Of a stretch of 64,000 nt of DNA, positions 28,376-38,518 are shown piece by piece (position 1 is the first letter of the stretch; each line of letters opens with the position of its first letter). The stretch lies in NCBI GenBank assembly GCA_963663765.2, contig CAXXUA010000005.1:352001-416000 (forward strand), written 5' to 3'. The notes under the pieces are model-generated. The model saw only the letters and a program-made list of their open reading frames with translations. It did not search any database and had not been told where the DNA came from. The stretch is from Candidatus Poribacteria bacterium. Lineage in GTDB: Bacteria; Poribacteria; WGA-4E; WGA-3G. The position numbers and the translations under genes were made by a program.

Positions 28376-30808
28376 CTATTCATTATCAGTCTTGTTTGTT
28401 TCCTTCTCATCTTCAGAAGAAGAATCATCTTGTCCTATTCGTAGTTGACGTTCAGCATCTACAACGTCCCGATTTATTTTGCCAATACACCGATTCAGTT
28501 TGTCAACGAGTGCATTGTGTCCTATCATAGCACGACGTATTTGACGAAGTTGGTCAATCACGAGACGGAAAGACCTTACAAAATCTCCTGCGTCCAAATC
28601 CGCGTAGTCAGTCAGTTTATCAAATTCGCAACCCCGACTCCAGTTGAGCATAGCTGAACACAATCGGAATTCCAACAACTGCGTACTCTCCGCAACGTTA
28701 CATTGACTTTCCACAGATTGAATTTCTAAAATTTCGTTCCAAGCTGCATTCAAAATCGTTAATAAACGTTTATTATTTAATTTTTTGAAATAGCCATCTT
28801 TACGCGGTTCAGAAATAATTGCTACCATTAAACAATTAATCTCATTCTCTGACATCTGTTCAAACAACCCCTTATAGAGAAGTTGCGTCAATTGTAATTC
28901 ATAACCATATAGATGCGTTGCGGTTTCACCACGCGGAAGAAGTGTCTGATTCTCAACATAACCGAGTTTTTCAAGGACGTTCAATCGAGCAGTAATCTGA
29001 TTCCGCTGATAATTCCCAATATTTGTCTGTCGCTTTTTTATATTCTGAATATAATGTTCTTTTTTACGGATGGATTGGTATCTATCCGTGCATTGTTCCC
29101 GTTGGTGGCATTCATGACATAGGTGTTTAGAGAGTTCAGTATGAAGTCTATTTAGTCTATAGTAAAGTGGATCCAACTTTTTCTTACGTTCTTTCTTTTT
29201 CGCCTTACTACGACCTATACGAGATTTTAGTTTTGCTAACTCCATCTGCAACCTTTCACGGTTCTTTTCATTTGTTCGCTTGGATCGATGGTAACTTTCA
29301 ATTTGAGTCATGCCATCAATATTGTCGTGAATACAGATAGGAAGGGGTAGTGATTGTAGTTCATTTTCAAACGTTGCAATCTGCTTGTTGTATTCTGCCA
29401 TCTGTGTAAAATTCTGATGGTTGCTCAAACTCATCGTATAGACATCGTAAATGTCTTCACCGTATTTCTCATACAAATTGAGGATACTGGAATATGAGAG
29501 ATTAAATTGACTGGTAATTGGTTCAATTTTGCTGGAGACTACCTTACCAACTTCATCTTGTGTTGCATATCTGGGTTCAACTTTTGCATATACATATCCG
29601 ACAGTATCAATCCCGCGCCGGCCTGCTCTACCCGACATTTGATGATATTCACGAGCTTTTAAATAACGGAAGTTTACACCATCAAACTTTTCAAGACTAT
29701 CAAACACCACAGTACATGCAGGCATATTGATGCCAACAGCAAACGTTTCGGTGGTAAATAGAAGCTGAATTAATCCCGATGTAAATAACCTTTCAACAAC
29801 CTCTTTAAGCGTAGGCAGCATACCCGCATGATGATATGCTATTCCATTGGAAATCAATTGCCGAAAATTTATAATAACCTCCTCTTCATCAATGTCAAAC
29901 TGCATACATAGCGCGTCAAATTTATCTAAAATCTGTTTGCGTTTCTCTGAATCAAGTAAGTTGAGTCCTCCTAAAGAAGCATGATAATGTGCGTTTGCTT
30001 CACAGAACTTACGACTGAAACAGAAAAATAGACACGGTAGTCGTTTCTCTGTGTAGAGGTAGGGGATTAAATCTGTATCTATAATGTCCTTGAGTATCGG
30101 AGATCTGTTTTCTTTTCTATCGTCTTGCTTATCTAATTCTCTTCTGTTTTTCTTTTTCTCCTTATTTCGTCCTTTCTGCTTTGAGATATGTCGAAGTTCC
30201 TTGAGATGATTCAATTTACCTATGCCAAATCCCGGAAAAAAGAGACGATGCTCTAAAGGGACTGGTCGTTCTAATTCTTCAACAACTTTGATGTCAATAT
30301 CACGAATACTTTGCATCCATTCAGCAAACGATGTAATATTTGGAATCGTCGCACTTAGACAAACAAATTTTATATGTTGTGGTGCAAAAATAATACTCTC
30401 TTCCCATACTGTACCACGTTCAATATCGTTGATATAGTGGATTTCGTCAAAAATGACATAAGAAACATCCTGCAGTCTTGCAATGTCGTCAAAAATAGTA
30501 TTTCGGAAAATCTCTGTCGTCATCAACAGAACTTGGGCATAGGGATTTAGAACGACATCCCCAGTTACAATCCCGATTTTATCTCCATATTCGGATTGAA
30601 AATCTCTGTATTTTTGATTACTCAGAGCTTTTATAGGCGCTGTATAGATGACACGCTTATTCGTCTGAAGGCATTTTTCAACCGCATATTCTGCAATAAC
30701 GGTTTTTCCTGAACCTGTCGGAGCAGTTACAATCACCGAATGCTCATGATTTATGGCTTCAATTGCTTCCTCTTGAAATCTATCCAACGTAAAACTTTTA
30801 TATTGCAT
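28376..30808 (-). CDS. Ski2/HelY-like DExH RNA helicase
   Basis: APTGSGKT, PIKALSNQK, DEIH, LSAT, HHAGM, QMSGRAGRRG, DSHCT C-terminus. Confidence 0.93.
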   Translation of the reverse strand: MQYKSFTLDRFQEEAIEAINHEHSVIVTAPTGSGKTVIAEYAVEKCLQTNKRVIYTAPIKALSNQKYRDFQSEYGDKIGIVTGDVVLNPYAQVLLMTTEIFRNTIFDDIARLQDVSYVIFDEIHYINDIERGTVWEESIIFAPQHIKFVCLSATIPNITSFAEWMQSIRDIDIKVVEELERPVPLEHRLFFPGFGIGKLNHLKELRHISKQKGRNKEKKKNRRELDKQDDRKENRSPILKDIIDTDLIPYLYTEKRLPCLFFCFSRKFCEANAHYHASLGGLNLLDSEKRKQILDKFDALCMQFDIDEEEVIINFRQLISNGIAYHHAGMLPTLKEVVERLFTSGLIQLLFTTETFAVGINMPACTVVFDSLEKFDGVNFRYLKAREYHQMSGRAGRRGIDTVGYVYAKVEPRYATQDEVGKVVSSKIEPITSQFNLSYSSILNLYEKYGEDIYDVYTMSLSNHQNFTQMAEYNKQIATFENELQSLPLPICIHDNIDGMTQIESYHRSKRTNEKNRERLQMELAKLKSRIGRSKAKKKERKKKLDPLYYRLNRLHTELSKHLCHECHQREQCTDRYQSIRKKEHYIQNIKKRQTNIGNYQRNQITARLNVLEKLGYVENQTLLPRGETATHLYGYELQLTQLLYKGLFEQMSENEINCLMVAIISEPRKDGYFKKLNNKRLLTILNAAWNEILEIQSVESQCNVAESTQLLEFRLCSAMLNWSRGCEFDKLTDYADLDAGDFVRSFRLVIDQLRQIRRAMIGHNALVDKLNRCIGKINRDVVDAERQLRIGQDDSSSEDEKETNKTDNE

Positions 30809-30841
30809 CTATTTCCCTTATATCAATTACATCATATAAAT

Positions 30842-30870
30842 AGTATAACGAATCACTATACTTATGTCAA
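30842..30870 (-). promoter_or_regulatory. Sigma70-type promoter for the helicase
   Basis: TTGACA-17-TATACT on the minus strand. Confidence 0.6.
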
Positions 30871-30889
30871 GGGGTGTGTATATTTATTC

Positions 30890-31138
30890 CAGGGTTATTC
30901 AGTTTTCCTAATTTTTGGATTTTCATAATAAACTCTGCAGTAGGAGGGACCAGGAGAACGCCAAAAGGCATTCATACCCGGGGAATGCCAAAAGGCATTC
31001 ATACCGTTCATTACTTGATTGCTTGATTTGGTGCTTGTAAGCGCGCTGATATGTCTAAACTCCACAGCGCGCTTACAAAGCACGTCTACCATTAGGTTTC
31101 ATTTAAAAATCCAAACATAAAATAACTAAATTAACCTG
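30890..31138. mobile_element. ISAs1-end-like MITE carrying a REP doublet and hairpin element copy D
   Basis: Left CAGGGTTATTCAGTTTT and right reverse complement CAGGTTAATTTAGTTAT both resemble the ISAs1 TIR at 1372. No TSD visible. Confidence 0.65.
30945..31030 (+). repeat. Hairpin-TTGATTTG mini-element, copy D (2 hairpins + 3 octamers)
   Basis: GAACGCCAAAAGGCATTC-ATACCCGGG-GAATGCCAAAAGGCATTC-ATACCG-TTCATTAC-TTGATTGC-TTGATTTG, then REP GTGCTTGTAAGCGCGC. Left boundary approximate. Confidence 0.8.
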
Positions 31139-31155
31139 CCAAATCTATTATTTTC

Positions 31156-31184
31156 TTGACAAAAGATTTAGAATAATATATAAT
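31156..31184 (+). promoter_or_regulatory. Consensus sigma70 promoter of the STAS/kinase operon
   Basis: TTGACA-17-TATAAT, perfect consensus. Confidence 0.75.
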
Positions 31185-31240
31185 TCAACTGAAAGAGTGA
31201 AGATCCCAAACAATAAATAAAGACTAAAGGGAGAAAAATA

Positions 31241-31588
31241 ATGGCAACAACGGTTCGCTATAGAGATGGCGTAACAATCTTGGAACCATCAGGTAAAATT
31301 ATGGGAACTGGTGTAACCGAGCTGAGAGAGGTAATTACAGCGGAAATAGATGCCTCTGATAAGCCAAGAATATTGATCGATTTTGATAAGGTCAACATTA
31401 TGGATAGTTCCGGGCTTGGCACACTCATGGGGGCACATGTTACAATCACTCGGCAAGGTGGTAGAGTTGGTGTAATCAATGTGGGCAAAAATATCAAGAA
31501 CTTGATTGTACGTAGCCGATTGGCAAGTATTTTTGAACACTTCACATCTGAAGATGAAGCAGTTTCAACGTTAGGCAGCGAATCCTAA
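31241..31588 (+). CDS. STAS anti-sigma-factor antagonist
   Basis: ILIDF.KV..MDSSGLG.L. Confidence 0.9.
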   Translation: MATTVRYRDGVTILEPSGKIMGTGVTELREVITAEIDASDKPRILIDFDKVNIMDSSGLGTLMGAHVTITRQGGRVGVINVGKNIKNLIVRSRLASIFEHFTSEDEAVSTLGSES

Positions 31589-31631
31589 CTTATGTTTTTT
31601 TAGTCTTGCAGCAACTTGGAGGCTGCAAAAA

Positions 31632-31997
31632 ATGACAATCACGTTATCAGAACGAGACGGTGTACACATTTTTAAACTTGATGGTAGAATCATCGCACCC
31701 GATGTTCAAGAATTAAATGACACCGTACAAAAAACATTAGATCAGATAGAAGGGACACCGAGACTCGTTTTTGATTTCAAAGACGTTACAGGTATGGATA
31801 GCTCGGGTTTAGGCGTACTCATGAAGTTCTATGCCGATATACATCCACGCGGCGGCACAATTGCTGTAATAAATGTCAACAAACACGTCAAAAACCTAAT
31901 TGTCATGGCAAGACTCATCACGGTTTTTCGGAACTTTGAGAGTGAAGAAGAAGCTGTTTGGTCACTATTAAATCCCCCATCCGAAACCCCACAATAG
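31632..31997 (+). CDS. STAS anti-sigma-factor antagonist
   Basis: LVFDF.DV..MDSSGLGVL. Confidence 0.9.
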   Translation: MTITLSERDGVHIFKLDGRIIAPDVQELNDTVQKTLDQIEGTPRLVFDFKDVTGMDSSGLGVLMKFYADIHPRGGTIAVINVNKHVKNLIVMARLITVFRNFESEEEAVWSLLNPPSETPQ

Positions 31998-32016
31998 TCC
32001 TATAAAGGAATGTCCT

Positions 32017-32778
32017 ATGATCAAGAATATCCTCGTTTCTATAGGCGATACAGATTACGAGAGGAATGCCTTTGATTACGCAGGACAACTTGCTGTTCTT
32101 TTAGAAACGCACCTCTCTTGTGTTTTTTTTCAAGACAGTTCCCATGGTGGGAGTGCAGAAGTCGCCGAAACGGTAATGCACCGTACCGAAAAGGAATGTG
32201 CACTATACGATTTCTTAGATTATAGTATAGAAGCTGTTGCAGGTAACCCAAGACAGATGATCTGCCAAAAAGCACACTCCGCCGACTTAGTCGTAGTCGG
32301 ACTCCCCGAAGAAATAAAAATCCGCGGATTAAAACTCATTCAAACACAGATTGATGATGTCCTAGCACATATCACAAAACCTATCATTATCGTACATGAA
32401 CAGTGTACCTTATTACGAAAAATATTAACTGTTCACCATGGGGACATCTACTCGGACAACGTACTCTCCCTCTCCGCAGAAATTGGAGAATTAACTAAAT
32501 CCAGTATATTTGGACTTGCACTTGCAGATACCACTCAAAAGGCAACCGAGATTAAGCAACAGATGGAATCCTATCTACAATTTTACGATGTCTCCACTGA
32601 TTTTCTAACTGCCCTCGGCTTTACTGTAACAAATATTTTGGAAAATGCAGAGGCAAATGATTGTGATCTGATCGCCCTCAGTGCAAGCCATCACGGCAGA
32701 TTATATGAGATGGTCTTCCAAAGCACCACTCAAACTGTCGTCAAACTCGCTAATCGTGCAGTACTGGTAACCAGATAA
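32017..32778 (+). CDS. Universal stress protein (tandem USP domains)
   Basis: MIKNILV, ADLVVVG, CDLIALSA....RLYE.VF.STT..VV. Confidence 0.85.
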   Translation: MIKNILVSIGDTDYERNAFDYAGQLAVLLETHLSCVFFQDSSHGGSAEVAETVMHRTEKECALYDFLDYSIEAVAGNPRQMICQKAHSADLVVVGLPEEIKIRGLKLIQTQIDDVLAHITKPIIIVHEQCTLLRKILTVHHGDIYSDNVLSLSAEIGELTKSSIFGLALADTTQKATEIKQQMESYLQFYDVSTDFLTALGFTVTNILENAEANDCDLIALSASHHGRLYEMVFQSTTQTVVKLANRAVLVTR

Positions 32779-32791
32779 TAAGGAAACTCAC

Positions 32792-35062
32792 ATGGCAGCT
32801 GCATCAGAAAATATAAAAGACCTCCAATTCCTGCAGATGTCATCCGATATGTTCGGATATATCCAATCTGACGGCACGTTATTACCACTCAATCCCTCCT
32901 GGGAAAAGACACTCGGTTACTCTTGTGCAGAACTCCAAACACGACAGTGGTTAGAACTCGTCCATCCTGATGACCGACAAGTTACATCTGAAGAAATTGC
33001 TGAACTCAGTACAGAAAAAAACAATACAGTCTCCTTTGAAAATAGGTTTTTGTGTAACAATGGTGAATACAAGAGACTTCTTTGGTCGGTCAAGGTAGAT
33101 CCAACGGATGATCGATATTGTGTCGTTGTGCAAAATATTACAAGACAAAAACGGCTTGAAGCGAAACTACGACAAAGTGAGACACGATTCCAGCAATTAG
33201 CACAGACCCATTCACAAGAAAGCGACTTTCTGCACACACTCATGGATAATGCCCCCGACCACATATATTTTAAAGACATAGCAAGCAAATTCATACGTAT
33301 CAATCGTTCTCTTGCCAATCGTTTCGGACTCAAAAATCCCGCTGAGGCTATCGGAAAGAGTGATTTTGATTTTTTCACGCGCGAGCATGCACAGCAAGCA
33401 TATCAAGACGAAAGAACTGTCATTGAATCAGGAAAACCAATAGAAGGAAAACAAGAAAAAGAGACCTGGCCCGGCGGACAAGATACATGGGTTTCTACTA
33501 CCAAAGTACCAATACGAGATAGAAGTGGACGCATAAAAGGCACATGCGGTATCTCACGAGATATAACTGAATACCATCACGCAGAACAAGCACTGCGAGA
33601 TTCTGAAGCAAAATGGCGGTCATTGGTAGAAAGTGCTCCCGATATCATTTCAACTATTGACCTCAATTATACACTGGATTTTATCAATAGAATACCAGTT
33701 GGTGTTGACATCACGCAGGAAGAAGTACTCGGGAATAGTATCTTCGATTTTCTAACACAGGAACATCATGGAGGGTTTCGTAAGGCATGTCGACAAGTTA
33801 TTGAAACAGGTGAAGTCGCGGGGTATGAAATCCAAGGGAGACTCAGTAGAAACTGGTATTCATCTTGGATAGGACCGATTACACGTGATGGGGAAATAGT
33901 TGGATTCGTTGTAACTTCAACAAATATTACGGATAGGAAACAGGCTGAAATTGAACTGCAGGAAAGCGAAGAACGTTTTCGACGGGCAGTCCTAAATGCA
34001 CCCCTTCCTATCATGATTCACGCCGAAAACGGAGATGTAATCCTCATTAGTCGGACATGGACAGAACTCACCGGATATACTTCTGAAGATATGACTACAG
34101 TATCTAAATGGTTAGCACAAGCAAATAGTGATAAGAGCAACGAGATACAAGCATACCTCGGACAGGTTAATCAAGCTAAAGAACGAATCGCTCCAACGCG
34201 ATATGAAATTTTAACGAAGACCGGGAAAAGGCAGATATGGGAATTTAGTTCATCACTGCTCGGTGTGCAACCGGATGGACAACGTATTATCATTAGCATG
34301 GCACTTGACATCACCGAAAGAATAAAAGCAGAACACGCTATGCAAAGTGCAAAAGAAACCGCAGAATATGCAAGCAGAGCAAAAAGTGATTTCCTTGCTA
34401 ATATGAGCCATGAATTAAGGACACCTTTGAATGCTATCATCGGATTCGCAGAAATACTTAGAGATGAACTCGTCGGTCCAATTAACGATGAACAGAAGGA
34501 ATGCGTCAATGATATCCGTTTTAGCGGGCAGCATTTGTTGGAGATGATTAACGATATACTGGATCTGTCAAAGATTGAAGCCGGCAAAATGTTCTTACAA
34601 CTGGAGGAGATTGCTATCGTTGAAGCTGTTGAGGAAGTCAATGCAATCATCAATGCACTCGCAATGAAAAAGAACATTGAACTAACACTAACAGGTCCAG
34701 AAAACATAACTATTCAAGCAGACCGCGTAAAAATAAAACAGATCTTTTACAATTTACTTTCAAATGCTGTCAAATTCACTCCTGAAGGGGGTAAAGTCAC
34801 TACACAACTAAAAATTACCCGGAACAATCTACACGTCAAAGTTATTGATTCAGGAATAGGCATCGCAGAAGAAGATAAGATGAAGCTTTTCGCACCTTTT
34901 ACACAGATTGACACATCTAAGTCAAGACAGTATGGTGGGACAGGACTCGGTCTCGCGTTGACACAACGCTTGATTGAGTTACATGGGGGAGAAATTAGCG
35001 TCACAAGCGAAGAAGGGAAAGGCAGCACTTTCATTATTAATATTCCAACAACTCAACCCTAA
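32792..35062 (+). CDS. Cytoplasmic multi-PAS (about 4) sensor histidine kinase
   Basis: PAS/PAC repeats; H-box FLANMSHELRTPL; NLLSNAVKFT; DSGIGI; GTGLGL. No TM segment. Confidence 0.93.
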   Translation: MAAASENIKDLQFLQMSSDMFGYIQSDGTLLPLNPSWEKTLGYSCAELQTRQWLELVHPDDRQVTSEEIAELSTEKNNTVSFENRFLCNNGEYKRLLWSVKVDPTDDRYCVVVQNITRQKRLEAKLRQSETRFQQLAQTHSQESDFLHTLMDNAPDHIYFKDIASKFIRINRSLANRFGLKNPAEAIGKSDFDFFTREHAQQAYQDERTVIESGKPIEGKQEKETWPGGQDTWVSTTKVPIRDRSGRIKGTCGISRDITEYHHAEQALRDSEAKWRSLVESAPDIISTIDLNYTLDFINRIPVGVDITQEEVLGNSIFDFLTQEHHGGFRKACRQVIETGEVAGYEIQGRLSRNWYSSWIGPITRDGEIVGFVVTSTNITDRKQAEIELQESEERFRRAVLNAPLPIMIHAENGDVILISRTWTELTGYTSEDMTTVSKWLAQANSDKSNEIQAYLGQVNQAKERIAPTRYEILTKTGKRQIWEFSSSLLGVQPDGQRIIISMALDITERIKAEHAMQSAKETAEYASRAKSDFLANMSHELRTPLNAIIGFAEILRDELVGPINDEQKECVNDIRFSGQHLLEMINDILDLSKIEAGKMFLQLEEIAIVEAVEEVNAIINALAMKKNIELTLTGPENITIQADRVKIKQIFYNLLSNAVKFTPEGGKVTTQLKITRNNLHVKVIDSGIGIAEEDKMKLFAPFTQIDTSKSRQYGGTGLGLALTQRLIELHGGEISVTSEEGKGSTFIINIPTTQP

Positions 35063-35170
35063 AAAGCATAGTGCTTGCATCAAACGTTCCTAATGACGCA
35101 CCCAATTCCAAATCCTCAAACCATATATAGAGGTTGCTATCTATTGCAAAGTTAACGCTAAAAAATTACT

Positions 35171-35459
35171 CATAGCAATGCATATAATTAATTGGACATA
35201 TTGTAGCACAAACTTTGAGTTTGTGCAGATGCGGACACAACTAACAGTTTGTACTACAACACCCTCGGTAGGTGCGGTTTCCTAACCAATGCAGAATACC
35301 ATACGGGGAATGCTATAAAGCATTCATACCCGGGGAATACCATAAGGTATTCATACCCGGGGAATGCCTAAATGGCATTCATACCGTTGATTTCTTGATT
35401 ACTTGAATTGGCGTATTCTGCCGAACATAAATGTCCAATTAATTCTTAAGTCTACTATA
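35171..35459. mobile_element. MITE-like shell with REP cargo and hairpin element copy C
   Basis: Perfect inverted 14-mers AATTAATTGGACAT (35186-35199) / ATGTCCAATTAATT (35431-35444). Internal REP doublet at 35203-35257. Confidence 0.6.
35288..35410 (+). repeat. Hairpin-TTGATTTG mini-element, copy C (3 hairpins + partial + 3 octamers)
   Basis: GAATGC-TATAAA-GCATTC, GAATACC-ATAA-GGTATTC, GAATGCC-TAAAT-GGCATTC. Splits the REP palindrome GCGGTTTCCTAACC^GC. Confidence 0.85.
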
Positions 35460-35505
35460 AATCAATAATCTACCATATAATGTCTTTGGGTAAAGGAGCC
35501 TTGCG

Positions 35506-35904
35506 TTGAGTATGGAGAGACCGCAACCGATCTTAGTCATAGAAGACCAAGCGTTGAACCGTAAAGTTGTACGCATCCTCTTGCAATCCAGTGGATATCA
35601 AGTGATCGAAGCGATCAACGCGACTGAAGCACTTGCGGTTTTAGAAGAAACTGTTCCCGGACTCATTCTAATGGACATCGCTCTACCAGGAAAAAGTGGT
35701 GAAGAACTAACCCGACAGATAAAAACAAACCCAGATTGGGACAAAATCCCGATTATCGCCTTAACAGCCGCAGTCATGTCTGGTGATCGTGAAAGATTCA
35801 TAAAAGCTGGATGTGACGAATATATCAGCAAACCTATTGATACCCGAGTCCTATTAGAACGCGTGGCACACCATCTAAAAGGAAATACTACACATAATGC
35901 CTAA
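35506..35904 (+). CDS. Single-domain response regulator (DivK-like)
   Basis: ILVIED, LILMDI.LP, IIALTA, YISKP. Confidence 0.9.
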   Translation: MSMERPQPILVIEDQALNRKVVRILLQSSGYQVIEAINATEALAVLEETVPGLILMDIALPGKSGEELTRQIKTNPDWDKIPIIALTAAVMSGDRERFIKAGCDEYISKPIDTRVLLERVAHHLKGNTTHNA

Positions 35905-37054
35905 AGCAGCAGCGAAAATACTTGTCGTTGACGATGAACCACGCAACATCAAAATACTACAGATACAATTGCAAGCACGCGGATACGACATCATCACAGC
36001 AGGTGACGGAGCTGAAGCACTACAAATTATCTCTAACGATCAACCAGATCTAATCCTATTAGATATCAACATGCCAAAAGTTGACGGTTTTGAAGTTGTT
36101 GAGAGAGTACGAGCAAATCAAAAAACTGAATTTATACCCATCGTTATGATCACTGCGTTGCGTGATACACAAGAAAACCGAATTAAAGCTGTTGAAGCTG
36201 GCGCAGACGACTTTATTGAAAAACCATTTAGTAGCTTTGAAGTCTTGGCTCGAATCAGGTCCCTCCTACGTATTAAACATTATCACGACAAACTTGAAAA
36301 ACACAATGCACGATTAGAGACAGAACTGCAAATGGCTCGCAGTGTTCAAGAAATAATCATCCCTCAAAACGGTACACAAGATTTAGTAGGATTTCATATT
36401 GCATCCTATTGCTATCCTGCTCTCGCAGTCGGTGGAGATTTCTTTGATATTTGGGAAATTGATGAAAACCGGATAGGAGTAATTATTTCTGACGTGATGG
36501 GACACGGCGCTTCCGCTGCACTTGTTACCGTATTTATTAAGACAATACTAACAGAACATCAAGAACACATAAAAGAAGATCCCGCGCAACTCCTTCAAAT
36601 CCTAAACACACGTTTCAGTGACATCATTAGCTCACGAATTTTTATGTTTGCCACAGCATTCTGTGGTATCTTTGATAAGAAAAAAAAACAACTCACCTGT
36701 GCAAATGCTGGACATCCATCTCCGTTTTTGCAACACGGCACTCAATCTGAGTGTGAACTAGTGACTGATAAACAGACAGGAAACGGCTTGGGCATTCGGA
36801 AAGAATCTGTATACGAAAACTGCTACTACCCGTTTGATGACTCAAGCAGGATATTTCTATATACCGATGGTGTTTATGAGGTAAAAAATGTAAAAGGAGA
36901 GGAATTTACTGTAGAAAAACTTCAAAAGGTGGTATCTACAACGCAGCATGAAACACCGGAAAAACTTATCCAGTGTATTTCTAACGCTATCACGGAATTC
37001 AACAGCGCAGCCCCAAACGAGGATGATTTAACATTGATTGCAATCCAACGTTAA
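35897..37054 (+). CDS. Receiver + PP2C (SpoIIE/RsbU-like) phosphatase
   Basis: VVDD..LLDINMP..KP; VGGDFFD, SDVMGHG, NAGH, YTDG, DDLT. Confidence 0.92.
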   Translation: MPKAAAKILVVDDEPRNIKILQIQLQARGYDIITAGDGAEALQIISNDQPDLILLDINMPKVDGFEVVERVRANQKTEFIPIVMITALRDTQENRIKAVEAGADDFIEKPFSSFEVLARIRSLLRIKHYHDKLEKHNARLETELQMARSVQEIIIPQNGTQDLVGFHIASYCYPALAVGGDFFDIWEIDENRIGVIISDVMGHGASAALVTVFIKTILTEHQEHIKEDPAQLLQILNTRFSDIISSRIFMFATAFCGIFDKKKKQLTCANAGHPSPFLQHGTQSECELVTDKQTGNGLGIRKESVYENCYYPFDDSSRIFLYTDGVYEVKNVKGEEFTVEKLQKVVSTTQHETPEKLIQCISNAITEFNSAAPNEDDLTLIAIQR

Positions 37055-37497
37055 CCTTTTTCTGTTTGCCCATCTCTATAAAATATAGCGGTTACATCTG
37101 TCCCGCCAATAGCATTCGCTTGTAGTTTATGTACATCCGAAAGACATTCAATGAGGTATAAACCGTGTCCCCTTTCACCTGTCGGGGAACGTTTTGACTG
37201 AATCTCTGCAAGTTTGCCAGGTGTTAACCAATCATGGGGACCCTTTCCCCCTTTATCTTGAACAACTATCTCAAGAGCATGTGAGTCCACCGAAATTCGC
37301 AATTGAATGCCACATGTTACACATTTAGAACCGTGATAAACAGCGTTGCTACATATCTCATCAAGGGTGAGTTGGATATCTGCTATACGTTTCTTCGGAA
37401 ATTTGAGTGTTTCGGATAACTTTCCAATAAACGCTCGTACCGGTTCAATATAATACACATCACTCGGTACTTTCAACTCAATGTAAGTTTTCTCCAT
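37051..37497 (-). CDS. RsbW-like anti-sigma factor / Ser kinase
   Basis: LTLDEICSNAVYHG, D.G, GHGLYLI..LSD. Confidence 0.88.
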   Translation of the reverse strand: MEKTYIELKVPSDVYYIEPVRAFIGKLSETLKFPKKRIADIQLTLDEICSNAVYHGSKCVTCGIQLRISVDSHALEIVVQDKGGKGPHDWLTPGKLAEIQSKRSPTGERGHGLYLIECLSDVHKLQANAIGGTDVTAIFYRDGQTEKG

Positions 37498-37527
37498 GGG
37501 ATCACACCAGTTTTTCCGAGAAATTAA

Positions 37528-37872
37528 CTAAAAAGCTGCGATTGCACTCTTCTCAGATTCATAAATCTCAACGACGCTGGATGCCCCAATGAGATTGAAT
37601 GTTCGTGTGAGTGTTGACGCTAAATTGCAAAGTTTGAGATCGCCATCATTTTGGCGAAGCCGTTTCGCAATGCCCACTAACGTCCCTACTGCCGTGCTGT
37701 TGATGTGGTTTACTTCACTAAAATTCACCACAACTTTATCCACCTTTTCCGACAGAAGTCCTTCCAGAACCTTGCGTAAGTCAGAGGCAGCGTAACTACT
37801 CAAATCCGTCTTTACATCTATGATTTTGATATCTGCATTCTCTCTAATAATCATAAATTCGGTACCAGTCAT
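37528..37872 (-). CDS. STAS anti-sigma-factor antagonist (RsbV-like)
   Basis: VVVNFSEV.HINSTAVG.L, GDLKL. Confidence 0.88.
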   Translation of the reverse strand: MTGTEFMIIRENADIKIIDVKTDLSSYAASDLRKVLEGLLSEKVDKVVVNFSEVNHINSTAVGTLVGIAKRLRQNDGDLKLCNLASTLTRTFNLIGASSVVEIYESEKSAIAAF

Positions 37873-38041
37873 AAAATACCACCTTCCGTAATAAGAATCC
37901 GTATTTATATTGTAGTTTAGATACAAGAAAAAATCAAGCATTTTTTAAGGGAAAGTGTAAATATTACGTAAGCATTGTGTATAAAGTTATCTTCACTTGT
38001 TTGAAAATCTTGGTTCAGACAATAAAACCTGCTAACAAAAC

Positions 38042-38120
38042 CCATTGGCTATCTATGGGAAATATATTGGAAATCCCAATAAACAAACCTCAAAAAAACT
38101 ACAGAACCCATAAGAAATCA
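38042..38120 (+). repeat. Dispersed AT-rich repeat shared with 61626..61693
   Basis: CCA.TGG.TATCTAT.GGAAAT..TATTGGAAATCC.AATAAACAA...AAAACTACA...AGAAATCA at both loci. Confidence 0.55.
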
Positions 38121-38196
38121 CATATAACACCAATTCAAATAAATCTTGTCTCATTAAGGAATTCTACTGTTTACTGGCAGGGGGTTACTCTCTTCG

Positions 38197-38271
38197 GTAG
38201 GAGCGACCTCCCGGTCGCGACCGTATAGATACAATGAATCAGAACGATTGCGACCAGAAGGTCGCTCCTAC
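38197..38271. repeat. GTAG-type REP inverted doublet
   Basis: GTAGGAGCGACCTCCCGGTCGCG ... GCGACCAGAAGGTCGCTCCTAC. Related copies at 44773 and 44907. Confidence 0.8.
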
Positions 38272-38518
38272 AAAGAGGGGAAATTTATCAAACAGTCGTG
38301 TACAGGATGTCATTTCTACCAACACGAGCAAAAATACCTGATAAGACAATGGAAATTTGGAGCACTTGATTATCAGGTAAATCCTGGTTCTGACACATGC
38401 AAAAAACTTTACACATCCGATACACTTATTTATCTGGAATATTTTAAATAGATGTGCTACAATACCTTAATAAGCAAGTAAAATTAGAACAAGTGTATCT
38501 CAACAAGAGGAAAAAGAC

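Noticed and set aside
30895-31092. ORF with repeated MNAFW.SPG peptide
   Set aside because: It is a translation of the hairpin repeat and REP DNA; no RBS or coding signature.
35288-35410. CRISPR array (palindromic ~28-nt repeats, also at 27601 and 30956)
   Set aside because: Units abut through a constant linker with no unique spacers, and there are no cas genes in the window.
37977-38451. Short ORFs 37977..38228 and 38248..38451
   Set aside because: They are composed of REP and other dispersed repeats.
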